A DNA stretch of 62,769 nt, filler included, from Choristocarpus tenellus KU-1152 (lineage: Eukaryota > Protista > Phaeophyceae), in NCBI GenBank assembly GCA_964200185.2. It is 9 parts of 9 records of this genome, joined end to end, with 100 filler letters (N's around TTAATTAATTAA, not from the genome) between each part and the next. Parts side by side here need not be neighbours in the genome. Positions count along the whole stretch, not along the records: positions 20,326 to 35,944 come from CAXNAD020000959.1; positions 36,045 to 38,793 come from CAXNAD020025067.1; 7 more parts are not named here. The stretch is one strand, 5' to 3'. The first letter of the stretch is position 1. Each line of letters begins with the position of its first letter. Positions 25,701 to 37,359 of the stretch are shown one piece after another. The notes beneath the pieces are model-generated. The model worked only from the letters and a program-made list of their open reading frames with translations, did no database searches and had not been told where the DNA came from. A program made the position numbers and the translations under genes.

Positions 25701-27545
25701 GGAGTGTGTGAACTTTGTTCTTCTGACTCAAAAGCCTTGTGCTGCAGGTTCCACTTATTGAGGCATAGTTCCTGACTTTTCCTTTCCCAACAATTCAGTA
25801 ATCTATTTTTACCCTTGGCATGATTGCCTTAGTGACTACACACCAGGCATATCCACTGCCCCACTTCTCATCCTGGCATGTTGATAACCCACTGGAACAA
25901 TGAGACAGGCTCCTGGTAAATTTTGACTGCTCTGGGATGTGGGTGAAAAATCGATCTTTCCTTGTGGATGCCCTGTCTGTGACACAGTCCATACTAAGCA
26001 CCAAGGAACACGAGCAGGGGCTGGTGATTGACTATAGGAACTGGCAGGTGATATTACCCTGTACATGTGTTTTTGCACTTCTTGTTATAGGACTTCACAA
26101 ACTTGTCCCCTCTACAAGATTGTTTTCTATTGATGAGATGTTGACTTCCCTTTGTGGTCTATCCTTATTCTTACATATCTAAAACACATGCATGGACAAT
26201 AATCCTGCACAGATCCCTCTTGGGCGAAAATTTCGCTCCCTCAAAATCTGGTTCACCCTTCGTGCCTTTGGATTGGAGAAGATCCAAGGGCATATTAGAC
26301 GCCACATTGCACTTGCCCTTGAATTGGAGACCCTCATCCGGATGGATAACAGGTAGTGAGGACACTAACCTTTATGGACTGGTTTTGGCAGCAGAGTTGC
26401 ATTATCATCATCATTGCAATAAACTTTCAGTCAGCAGAACAGTTCCTACAAACTGTTTCCCCTTGAGGAGTACCACTGTTGTATTGTAGACATTTCAGGG
26501 ACCTTTAAACTGTAATGATATTTTGCTAACTGCAGTAGTCACCCTCCCTGGATTGCTGTTAACAATCGTGCCAATGATCATGTGCAGGTTTGAGGTTGTG
26601 ACACCTACAGTATTTGGGCTTGTATGTTTCCGGCTCAGGGCTTCTGATTCTGCCAATCTCAAACTTAGGTGGGTGGTGGTATGGGGCATAATGCAAAGAA
26701 TGGGGAAGCAATACTCAGTATTCATCCTCTTAAGTATAATATCACTAAGTGTGTAGATTCTATTTTGGATATCTACACCTTAATTCGTGTACTATATGGT
26801 AGTGTACATTTCAATAATAATTTGAGTATATTGCATTTTTTGGAGTTTATTCAACTTCTACTCATAGTTGATTCAAAATTTGATTAACAACAAATGGTGC
26901 ATTTTAGAGCGATATGCAGGGCATATCTTTTTATTTGTTACTAGAATCCATTCCCCAGTAGGCTCCAGTAGGTGCAATGACCCAGAGTAAATGGTATTCT
27001 GACTCCTGGGATGCGAGTTATCTTGCCAAAGCTAATTTTAAAATATTTCATGGGCCTGCCTTGCAGCACTGTTGACATACTGGCAATTGTAAATTCCTGG
27101 TATAACATACCTGATCAAATGTTGGATTAAACCCTCACTAAATTAGAAGCAACGATGAGATACTGAAAACGTAAATATTAAGGCATCAAGATAGGATTGG
27201 CCAATGCTTGTCTTCTCATCCTGACCTATCCTCTTGTTTACCCCATTCCTTCCCTCCCAACATTTCAGGTCAGTTATTGTTGACTCTGGCCTAGCATATT
27301 TTGTGTCTACCACAATAGGAAGTCGTACTGTCCTGAGGATAGCTATTGGCTCGCCTGCTACAGAAAGGAAACATGTAATGGAGTTATGGCATGCATTGCA
27401 AGCAGCTGCTGGAAATGTGATAGAAGGGGATGAAGAGTGGGAAAGACATTTAGAAAGTGGAAGGGGAAAATATGGGGCACAAGATGCTGAGTTTCAGCAT
27501 GAGGACCAAAGCATACCAACAAGCATGGAGGAGGATACGACATAG
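22775..27545 (+). CDS. DDC: PLP-dependent group II aromatic-L-amino-acid decarboxylase family protein (DDC/TDC/TyDC/AAS); exons 22775-22951, 23208-23354, 23461-23704, 24070-24275, 24683-24906, 25413-25559, 25909-26047, 26213-26352, 26588-26668, 27269-27545
   Basis: [62 protein letters not shown]-lysine [32 protein letters not shown]. All introns are GT-AG and in phase. The first exon is the least certain. Confidence 0.95.
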
Positions 27546-28764
27546 GGGACACCAAAATAAGTTCCATTATATAGCACTCAACAAGAAACAGCTGATTTGT
27601 ACTCTGACTAGTTGCCTCCAGAGAATTCAGTACTTCAGGGTATCACATCTTGATTTGCACTTTTTTTTTTTCACCTTTCATATTGCATAGAGTACAACTC
27701 TATTAGAAAGTCAGAACTCATCTGCAATCAAGCTCTTCTTGCTTAAACCCCTGGACAACATACAGCGGAAGTGGCATTTCTATGTGTTGAGAGTAAAACT
27801 GATCTACTGTCTGAGAAAATCTATGAAGTTTTGCTCTACCCAGGACATAGTTTCAGGGGAGGACTAATTCCATGAATGCATCTGTTGAGTGGAGACAAGC
27901 AAAAAATATTTTTCTTTGCTCGTGAACTCGGGGTCCATGAATCAGCATTGTCTTTGGCTTCCATCCACTCTCCTCCTTCTCAACCAATGCAACCCCACTT
28001 CTTCCTTCCCTCCAACCACTATCCTTGTTACCCCACAAACTTGTGACCAATTCTGCATATCCAATGACCAACCAGTGCGACCAATCTTCGCCATTTGTTC
28101 CAGTCACCAACTAATGCGACCATTTTTCGCGAATCCACTCCACAATGCCCCACATTCACACAAGAACACCCCCCAATCATCCACTTCAATGCTGTGCCTT
28201 TGAACTATTAAGAAATCTACTCCAACTGAACTTTACGTCCACCCCCCACCCCAACATTCTGCTCAATCATGAGCAATCAAGAGGGTGGGAGGGTGGGACA
28301 GATTGCACTGAGGTTGCCTTGATCGTGCCCCTTCTGTCCTCCCACTCCGTTCTTGACTTTTACATTGTATTCTGCCCTGCCCCAGTCCTTCCTACCTTGC
28401 CTTTCCACTTACCCCTCGTTTCCCTTTAACTTCTTGATCACATGATCTGCCCCCCAGCCATCGCGTCTTCTCGTTTATCCTCCTATTCTCTTCTTTCCTT
28501 GCCAATACTCACCATACTGTACGTATTTCCCCTATTCGAGTTCTCCCGCCCACGAAACTCAGATTTCTTCAAAGGTTTCCCATTGTAGTATTCTCTCTGC
28601 ACAAGTGGTTTACATACAAAAACACTTTAAAGTGCATGAGGAACTTTAATGAAAGATTGACCAGATTATCCGTTGACACGTGCTGATTATTTCAGATTAC
28701 ATGAAGAGGTTCAAAAGAAATCCTCTTTCTTCACCCTCACATTTCAAGGCAACATCTAAAACAC

Positions 28765-29487
28765 TCAACCGAAGGACCACATTGCATTAAGTAGAGCTAT
28801 GCTCCCTACGCAGCTCTCTATGATATCCATGCTACTTGTATCTAGGGTACTACTCCATGAAAACGCGGGGTTGGTCAAGATAAGCCCTACGTACAACATG
28901 AGGCCGAAACGGCAGACGACTGCGTTCGCTCCCACCCACACTTCCGTCTCAATAGACAACTCTGTCCCCTCCAAAATTTGTGCGGGAAATCTCCGAGACT
29001 GACCATATTTCCCCTCCTGCTCCTGAATTTGCCCCATGGCATGATCGGCCAATTTCTGATGTAATGATGTTGTCGGACCCGTGAATATGAGACGCAATGT
29101 TGCCACGATTCTCTCTACCTGGTGGACCAAGCGGTCATAGCAGACCATGTAGTCGGAACTGTCGTACCCTATCGCACCAGTTTCAGGATTTAGTCGACAG
29201 GTATTCAGGATTTCGGCAAGTCGACCTGGAGTCACCAACACTGCGACAGACGCTGGGGTGGATGGTGGAAGTCTGACCCCCAACACAACTCTCACGGCAT
29301 CCCGCCAGCCTTTACTCACAAGCGAACACTCATATCCTGTTATACGGACAGCTACATTATCCTTGGGATGCTCAAGGAAATGAGGGAGGTAGTCCACAAT
29401 AACTGCCATTACATCATGACCCAATAGGTACGAGGCAGAAACTGCTTTATCAAGGGCAGGTTCGGATGGAGGAGTTGGGACTGTCAT
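28765..29487 (-). CDS. Intronless protein with N-terminal F-box-like motif and unknown C-terminal domain
   Basis: 291-codon open frame containing LLGHDVMAVIVDYLP...CSLVSKGWRDAV (F-box pattern LPxEILxxIFxYL...xxxVCKxW). Likely ATG at 29487. Confidence 0.6.
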   Translation of the reverse strand: MTVPTPPSEPALDKAVSASYLLGHDVMAVIVDYLPHFLEHPKDNVAVRITGYECSLVSKGWRDAVRVVLGVRLPPSTPASVAVLVTPGRLAEILNTCRLNPETGAIGYDSSDYMVCYDRLVHQVERIVATLRLIFTGPTTSLHQKLADHAMGQIQEQEGKYGQSRRFPAQILEGTELSIETEVWVGANAVVCRFGLMLYVGLILTNPAFSWSSTLDTSSMDIIESCVGSIALLNAMWSFG

Positions 29488-30292
29488 TCTGCAGCGACAC
29501 TTCCATGAAATAGGACAAAGGGATCGACAGAGAGAGAGCCGGAGGTCAGGTACAAGGCATGAAGCGCACGACGAACAGCGAGTTGCGGGAAAAATCGAAC
29601 TCATATTTATTTGCCCAACATTCGAACAAAATTTCCTCATCAGTCTATGCGCTTACCTACCCACCTGCAAGGTGGAAAAGCTTGCAATGGACTGTTGGGA
29701 TACTTCTTCATGTAGAACGGGGCATCTCACAGGGGGAGGGCGGCCAGCAACTTGTATATGGTGTCACCCTCTCACACAAGATGAACCGAGATTTTGATCA
29801 TGTTTCATCACATCGCGCGTCTCTCGCACTTTCCTACAACAAGTATACCAATTTCGAGCCGCGCGAGCTACTTCGAAGAAGTAGGTACTATTTTAGTTAT
29901 AACCGTTCAAACTTGGAAAAAATATGGATATAATATATTAAACCTTAATCATGAAGTCTACGGTATCGGAAGGGTCGAATTGAACGTGACTTCTCATTCA
30001 CCCATACAACCTCCTAAGTAAATGGAACTATTTGTTAAAATGTAGTAAGTTGAGGTGTCTGGGTCTCCTCTGTTAGCCGAGTCAGAACGTTTTTCTGTTG
30101 TGGTGTGAAGATTAGGTAGGAAGTTTAAGTCGCAAGCAAGGTAGGTGTATGAGTTGGAGAGTGGTGTGAATCTACCTACATGACCCCACCCACATCGTGA
30201 ATATGTAAGATTGCGTTGGGAAAGTCAATGCCTGTTGTGGAGAAAAGTTTGGGGTCTGAGGTAGATTGGAAGAAGTTTATGGTCATGAAGGT

Positions 30293-30551
30293 GAGTGAAA
30301 GTATCTTAGAGGGTACGAGTTTTGCCCTGTTTGTCCATTTGAGGCTTGGCTTCCCAAGGTTTTTTTTATGACGTCTTCCTACTCCAAAATGTTTCAGAGT
30401 AGGTAAAATGTATACCTTATGAAAAGGTGTGACCACAACATGGATATTGACACTTCCTAACAAACACTATGACCAAAATTACATCAAAATTGCAACATTG
30501 AATTTTGACCCCCAAATGGACGCGGCTGTACCCTCTAAGATAATTTGGCTC
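30293..30551. mobile_element. MITE family A, full length (259 bp), 4-bp TSD AGGT
   Basis: TIRs gagtgaaagtatcttagagggtac / gtaccctctaagataatttggctc, with AGGT on both flanks. Confidence 0.92.
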
Positions 30552-30595
30552 AGGTGTTTCTGCACTGACTGGGGTTGGGGTTGACTGGAAGAGCA

Positions 30596-31131
30596 TCACT
30601 ACAGTTTCAAATTTGATGCCCTTCCTGGTATTTATTACCATTAGAACCGTGTCCACACCACCTGTCAATAGTGGTATCACGAACATTTTCAAATTCGGTG
30701 CCCTGTATCTATCAGCATTATTAGAACCGTGTACATACTAGTTGTCAATAGTCTTCACACCAACATTTTCAAAACCGATACCCCTGTATCACCATCAGAA
30801 CCGTGTACACACCAGCTGTCATTAGTGGTATCACCAACATTTTCAAATCCGATGCCCCTCCCTGTATTTTGTAACATTAGAACCATGTACACACCAGCTG
30901 TCAAGAACGGTATCACCAACATTTTCAAACTCGATGCCTTGTATTTGTTACCATTAGAACCGTGCACACATCACCAGCTGTCAATAGTGGTCACAGCAAC
31001 AGTTTTAAATCCGATGCCCCTGTATCTATCACCATTAAAAACTTGTACACACCACCCGCCAATGGTGGTATCAACAACATTTTGAAATGCAATGCCCCTG
31101 TATCTATCACCATTAGAATCGTGCACACACA
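30596..31131. repeat. Minisatellite, ~78-bp unit, about 7 diverged copies
   Basis: Consensus CCATTAGAACCGTGTACACACCAGCTGTCAATAGTGGTATCACCAACATTTTCAAATCCGATGCCCCTGTATCTATCA. Confidence 0.9.
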
Positions 31132-31304
31132 TTGTGTACATTTCAACAAAGAGAATGGAGAAAGTTCGTTTGTTTGATGACACTCACGGCTTCAACATAA
31201 AAAAATTATGCTACATTCTGATATTCTTCCACTACTACCTGCACAGACACAAGCTCACAACATACCTCAGCCTTACACCACAACAACTGAGATTACAGTA
31301 TGCC

Positions 31305-34300
31305 TCAACCCCCTTGTACAACACGACCCGGCAAGCGCTTGTTAAGTTTGAGATAAGTATGAAAGATATCACCCATACAAGAGGAAGCTGTTGCCCCCTC
31401 ACCCACTCCAGCCATTGGATCAGAAGGAGGTAATCCATTTTCTGTATGAATTGGCGGAAGCAATGTACGGTGGGCCGTACTATTAAAACGTGATTCAACC
31501 GACAGCATCATGCTATGCGTTGCCCCTGCCATGTGATCCACTCTTTGTACTTCTCCATAGCAGCGAGTACCCACTCCATTTGGCTTGACACATCCTCGGG
31601 TAGGAGCATCAATAGCATACAGGGTGTGGATATGTTCCTCTCCATATGCACCAAGGCCTAGAAAATCACTACCAAATGTCTCTGACTCCTCTGGGTCATT
31701 CATGCTATATGCTATTTTGTCTGAATGAGCGTCCAGGGGAGATGGAAGAAGATGCCCTAGGAATGGGCCAAGTTGCACCTCCATTGGCACGGAGAATTTA
31801 CTTGATCCCAGCGAATTTGCAGCATTCACCCTGCACCAATATAGTTGAAAGGGTGACAATCAATGAAATATAAATATTTTGGAAATAGTACGGCACTTCA
31901 GCCATTGCTGCTACGATCATTCTATTCTGTTTAGTGGATGTAATTGCCTGAACAATCCTACCATGAACTACTCCTAGAGCTCTAGTTTTGCACTCAGTAA
32001 TATTTAGAACCAGACAGAATTGACACCACCCTTCACGACCAAGCTTCAGTGGACAAGCACAAGCATGTTTCATGAATAAAAAAAGTATGTTCAGTGTAGC
32101 ACCTGTAGCCAATGGTGAGCTGTTCTCTGGCCACCTTTTGCAGTATATCCACCGCTATTGTGCTCAGTGGTGCGTCCACAGCTTCACACACCTTATGAGA
32201 TCCGTTGGGGAAACGCTCCCAGCGTTCACTGCCAACTTTCCTCTCCACACAGTAACTGGATCCCACGCAATTGACAGAGAGAGCTAGCATGTTAGAGAAG
32301 CTGATGTTTACCAAGTCTTCTGTATATAAATGACTCGATTAATTCCCTTACTGGATTGGATATGTTGTAGATGAAGAAGGAATGAGAAAGGAGGAGTGAA
32401 TCTTCAAGCTCAAAGGGGGGGGGGGGGTCCTTGCCACCAAATTAATCCTATTCTATGGATCACCAATCACGAATCACAGACTACTTGCTAGAATGCTACT
32501 AAATCATGATGTCTTCTATATTCCAGTTCATTAACCCATGCCTATCTTCTATTCTCCAGCATACGAACCTGTTCTCCTTTCCATGAACTGATTGTTTCTT
32601 ACATAATCTACTTTTACATAAGAATAAAAAGTATGTTCTTGACGAGGAAGGTTGAACTGGCCGAGTGTGAGCAAGAATTAGCAAGGGTTGGCCTCCAGCA
32701 TCAAACCCCAGACCCAAAGCATTTAAGAGGGTAGGAGTTGTGACCTGTTTGTCCATTTGGGGCTTGGCTTCCCATGGGTTTGTTTTTCCCTTTTTCGGTT
32801 TTCTGTTTGAACACAATTACCTACTCCGGAACATTTTAGAGTATGACTATGAAGATGTGTACGGAGCAAGGATATTGACACTTGCTAACAAACAAAATAG
32901 CCAAAACTACATCAAAGTCGCAACATTGGATTTATAACCCCGAATGGACCTGGTCCTACCCTCTTAAATTCTTTGTCTCCTAGTCTAAGGAGGATATCCA
33001 GGGATGAATGCTCAATGAACTACACCTTTACCACACTGGACAATAAGAGGCACAAGAGAAGATTTTCCCCTCATCGTGCAATATGTTCTGGGATCTTGTG
33101 TATGCTATAGAATTTCTTGCTTCCAATCAGGCAAGCATTTCAATTGCTGATATTAGACACAATCAAAGACCTCACCCCTGAATAGTGAGCCCATTACTCT
33201 TTGGCAGGGACCATCGCAGTGAAATGATGGGTTCCGGGCGACCAGGAACACTAGTGTTTGTAGCGACATTGTAACCCATACCTACCAGTATATGGGGAGG
33301 GCGGATTAGTGTGCAACAGTGGCAGTTACTAGTGTATAGGTGGTCGAAGGTTTTTTCTGATATAATGAGAGGAGTAGGACCAGTTCAGGGAATATTAATG
33401 CAAAATGATAAGTAGGGGGGTACCACGAGAGTGAAATATTACAAACAATCGTGGGTGAGGCTGTGGTACACCCTTTAGGTGTCCTGGTTCAGACTCGACA
33501 TGCTGTTTGGGTGGTATAGTTTGGCTGCTTTAATTAGATTGGTTCAAGGAAAAAATCAATTGGATATTGGTGCTTCAAATGCCCAGTAAATTTCCTGTAC
33601 TGTATTGTGGTGATAATCAAGATGAACACTCTACTGCAAGCAAAGATTTCTGTCCGTGAGGGTTTTCCTGTTGGTGTGTGCTTTTCAAGGTGCACCATGT
33701 GCCAACAAAAGCCGCTATCGAGCCATGACCCACTCGTGATTTGTGTTGTGCACCTCAGAAGCACAAATATTTGAGTTTGTTCTGGAGCAGTAAGGTTCAT
33801 GAGTGAAAGTATCTTAGAGGGTACGAGTTTTGCCCTGTTCGTCCATTTGGGGCTTGGCTTCCGATGTTTTTTTAAATAATATTTTCCTACTCCAAAATGT
33901 TTCGGAGTAGGTAAAATGTATTTGTTGTGAGAAGGTGTGTCCGGAACAAGGATATTGACACTTCCTAACAAACATAATAGCAAAAACTACATGAAAAATC
34001 ATAACATTGAATTTTGGCCCCCAAATGGACGCGGCCCTACCCTCTAAGATGATTTGACTCTCATGTCAGTTCTTTTAGAGTAGTAACCAAACGGATTTTA
34101 CCACCATCCTATTTACCTGCAAGGGATGGATATGGAGATTGCCACTGACGCAAGCTCAAGACTTGTCCGGGATCAAATTGGTTTACTGCAGATGCGGAAA
34201 CTAACACCTGTGGTAGTAGTAGGGCATTGAGAGAGTTTCAAGACTTGAATCCCTTTTGGATCTTCTTTGAAATGCTCTGTAGGGGGCTGTTGGCGAAGCA

Positions 34301-34730
34301 ACAAGTTATCTTGAAGGTGTGGACAAACAACAATGTTTGGAAAAAGCGAGGGTATATTATTGAAATGATGTAGTGCTGTAATCAAAGGATGCTCTGAAGC
34401 ACTATGCACTATCCAAAAAATGGTTTTACTTGATCTTCGGTGTATGTTAATTTGTTTTACCCTTGAGGAACTATTCCTACACACCTTGCAGCTGAGCTGC
34501 GGGACTTCTGGTACGTCTGGCTTGGTTAGAATAGTCGATTGAGCGCGCCCTGTGAACACACCATTGATGCTTTCAATGTTTTGCAAGGCCTCTAGCGAGC
34601 GAACAGCATCTTCCATTCCATTTGTCCTACCCACAATTTCAGAGTCATCAATGCAGAAGGAGATGAGGGTAGAGTTTTTATCATGTTTGTAGCTGCTAGG
34701 GCCAAGTTTTAGCTGTTTCAAACATCTCAA
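31305..34730 (-). CDS. Multi-exon fibronectin type III domain protein (3' portion; exon structure only partly resolved, possibly degenerate)
   Basis: TKPDVPEVP (~34520), exon ~33250-33176 IISLRWSLPKSNGLTIQG (LxWxxPxxNGxxI), and last exon LSPFQLYWCRVNAANSLGSSKFS (LxPxxxYxxRVxAxNxxGxS). Confidence 0.65.
32711..32979. mobile_element. MITE family A variant (A'), intronic
   Basis: gacccaaagcatttaagagggtag ... ctaccctcttaaattctttgtctc, with the internal motifs of family A. Confidence 0.85.
33801..34060. mobile_element. MITE family A, full length (260 bp), 4-bp TSD TCAT
   Basis: TIRs gagtgaaagtatcttagagggta / taccctctaagatgatttgactc, with TCAT on both sides. Confidence 0.92.
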
Positions 34731-35048
34731 AGCTTACTTTCTGGTGTTATGAACCAATACACGCATCAATCAACTTCAGTTCAATGAACTGAGAATACTG
34801 TTAGTAGTTACACCATAAAGGTGTTCCAAAGGAAGTTATTGAAATGCAGCAGAAAGCAAGGAATTACGTTTGGAACTTTCAGGCGAAACAGTATATTCTA
34901 GAAGAAAAGATTCTAGATCTCTAGGAACCATTTCGAGTCATGAAGGAGCTCGAGAGGTTAGGGGTAAAGGTATCGAAATACCAGATTTTAGCATCAATAT
35001 CATTAATGGGCTATCCATGGAGTACAAGATGGAAACAAGAATGCTGCA

Positions 35049-35944
35049 GAGTCAAAGCATTTAAGAAGGAGGGAGTTTCACCCAGTTGGTCTGTTCGGGG
35101 CTTGGCTTCCCACGGAGATTTTATTCCCTTTTTCGTTTTTCTGTGTGAACACATTTACCTAAAATGTCTATAACTACAAAAGGTGTGTCTGGATCAAGGA
35201 TATGGACACTTGCTAAAAAACACGATAACCAAAATTCATCAAATCACAACATTGGATTTATGACCCCAAACAGACCTGGCCCTACCCTCTTAACTGTTTT
35301 GGGTATGGACAACAATGCATTACTTTCATGTGTGACGATTGACAGAGTGATTGCACAGTAATACGAGTGACATAAGAGTGAAAGTATCTTAGAGGGTATG
35401 AGTTTTGCCCTGTTTTTCCATTTGCGACTTGACTTTCCATGGATTCTTTTATTACATTTTCCTCCTCCAAAATATTTTGGAGTGGGGAAAGTGTATATGT
35501 TATGAAATGGTGTGTCCAGAACAGAGCCAATTTATCTTAGAGGGTAGAGCTGTGTCCATTTGGGGCCCAAAATTCAATGTTGCGATTTCGATGTAAATTT
35601 GGCTATCGTGTTTGTTAGGAAGTATCAATATCCTTGTTCCGGACACACCTTTTAATAACGTATACATTTTACCTACTCGGAAATATTTTGGAGTAGGAAA
35701 ATGTCATAAGAACCCTGAGGGAAGTCAAGCCCCAAATGGACAAACAGGGCAAGATTCAAAGTTTCTGGGGGGAGGGTGGCGGCTTTCCATTTGGGGAAAA
35801 ATTTTCATGTCGCGATTTTTGGGTGATTTGGTTCCATACGTTGGATGGATAATGAAATTGCACTTTTCCTGGTTTTGGTCCAGATGGACACTCTGGTGGA
35901 GACCTCCCCCCCCCCCCTGATACTTTGGGTCCAAAACTCGTACC
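35049..35944. mobile_element. MITE cluster: A' (35049-35305), A (35376-35523) interrupted by an inverted A (35524-35944), itself interrupted by B (35753-35931, TSD CAA)
   Basis: Termini and internal motifs match the isolated copies. Removing B and one CAA restores acagggcaaaactcgtacc. Confidence 0.88.
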
Positions 35945-36044
35945 NNNNNNNNNNNNNNNNNNNNNNNNNNNNNNNNNNNNNNNNNNNNTTAATTAATTAA
36001 NNNNNNNNNNNNNNNNNNNNNNNNNNNNNNNNNNNNNNNNNNNN
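35945..36044. other. Artificial contig linker
   Basis: N44-TTAATTAATTAA-N44. Confidence 0.98.
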
Positions 36045-36094
36045 ATATTGGCCCCCAAATGGACGCGGCTCTACCCTCTAAGATACTTTGACTC
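36045..36094. mobile_element. MITE family A terminus (contig start)
   Basis: ggcccccaaatggacgcggctctaccctctaagatactttgactc. Confidence 0.85.
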
Positions 36095-36740
36095 AAAGGA
36101 TTACCTGAGTGGCCTGAAAAGGGTGGCGGAACAAGTAGACACACTTGTGACGAAAGAAGTGCACCGGGGATGGATACTTGCTGTAAAATCAATAAATTGA
36201 GGAAAATCGAAAATCAAGAGAGTGCAGTGGGACGTACAGGCAACATCAAGGAGGTGAAATGGATGGGTTCATATTGTATTGGTTGAAGTGAAAGGATAGC
36301 CTGTTGGGAGATTGCATGACTGCAGGTGACTGGATGACTATGTAAACCTGCTTCCAAAGTAATTGGAGTGGATACATGCTACGCAAGGGGGCTGGTCAAC
36401 GTGAACAAGAGTGCTACTTCATAATTCCTGCATTATGTAGTCTATTTGAGGGAACCACTGCTAGAGAATAAAGAAACCTCACCATTTCAGTTTGCCAACC
36501 TGGAAACTGCTTGAGGGTGTTGTGAGGACTGCTCCCTCCAAGGGCTTCAGTCCATAAGATCTTCGTAGATCACTGAGGTATGTGGGATAAGACGTCTTTT
36601 AGGCCTGTATGGAAGAAGATGTAATGAATGATGGACAAGAGGGTTTTACTGGATGGAAGAAGATAAACCCTCACTGTAATGGGTTGCAACAAGGAACTAA
36701 TACAGTTCCCGCAAAGGAAGGTACACCATGGGCGCATTCA

Positions 36741-36922
36741 GACCCAAAGTATCTGGGGAGGGGGGGGGGGGTCTGCACCAGGGTGTCCATTTGGGCCATA
36801 ACCAGCAAAAGTGCTCTTACTTTATCCATCCAACATATGAAACCAAATCACCCAAAAATGGTGACATAAAAAAATTGGCTCCAAACGGACAGGTGCCACC
36901 CCCCCCCCAGATACTTTGAGCC
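36741..36922. mobile_element. MITE family B, full length (~180 bp)
   Basis: gacccaaagtatctgggg... / ...ccccagatactttgagcc. Confidence 0.88.
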
Positions 36923-37102
36923 AATGAAGAAATGCATACCTTGATGGAGAGGGTTTCTTAGGAAATTTTAACTCTGATTACATGCAAGTGTGCATCAGGT
37001 ACACTTAGTGCAGAGTGAGCTTGATGTATTATGAAGGGTAATGCCAGCCAAGAAAAATGATAACCAACACATGATGCACAACTGAAGACTTCTGATGCCT
37101 CT

Positions 37103-37359
37103 GAGTGAAAGTATCGTAGAGGGTACGAGGTTTGCCTTGTTCAATTTGGGACTTGGCTTCCCACGGGGGTTTTTTACGACATTTTCCTACTCCGAAATAT
37201 TTCGGGGTAGGAAACATGTATACGCTATGAAAAGGTGTGTCTGGAACAAGGATATTGACACTTCCCACCAAAAAAGATGGTCAAAATTGCATCAAAATCG
37301 CAACATTGGATTTTAATCCCCAAATGGACTCGGCTCTGCCCTCTAAGATACCTTGACTA
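37103..37359. mobile_element. MITE family A, full length
   Basis: gagtgaaagtatcgtagagggtac ... ccctctaagataccttgact. Confidence 0.88.

Noticed and set aside
30596-31131. Possible CRISPR-like array
   Set aside because: The whole unit repeats with no unique spacers, there are no cas genes, and the context is eukaryotic.
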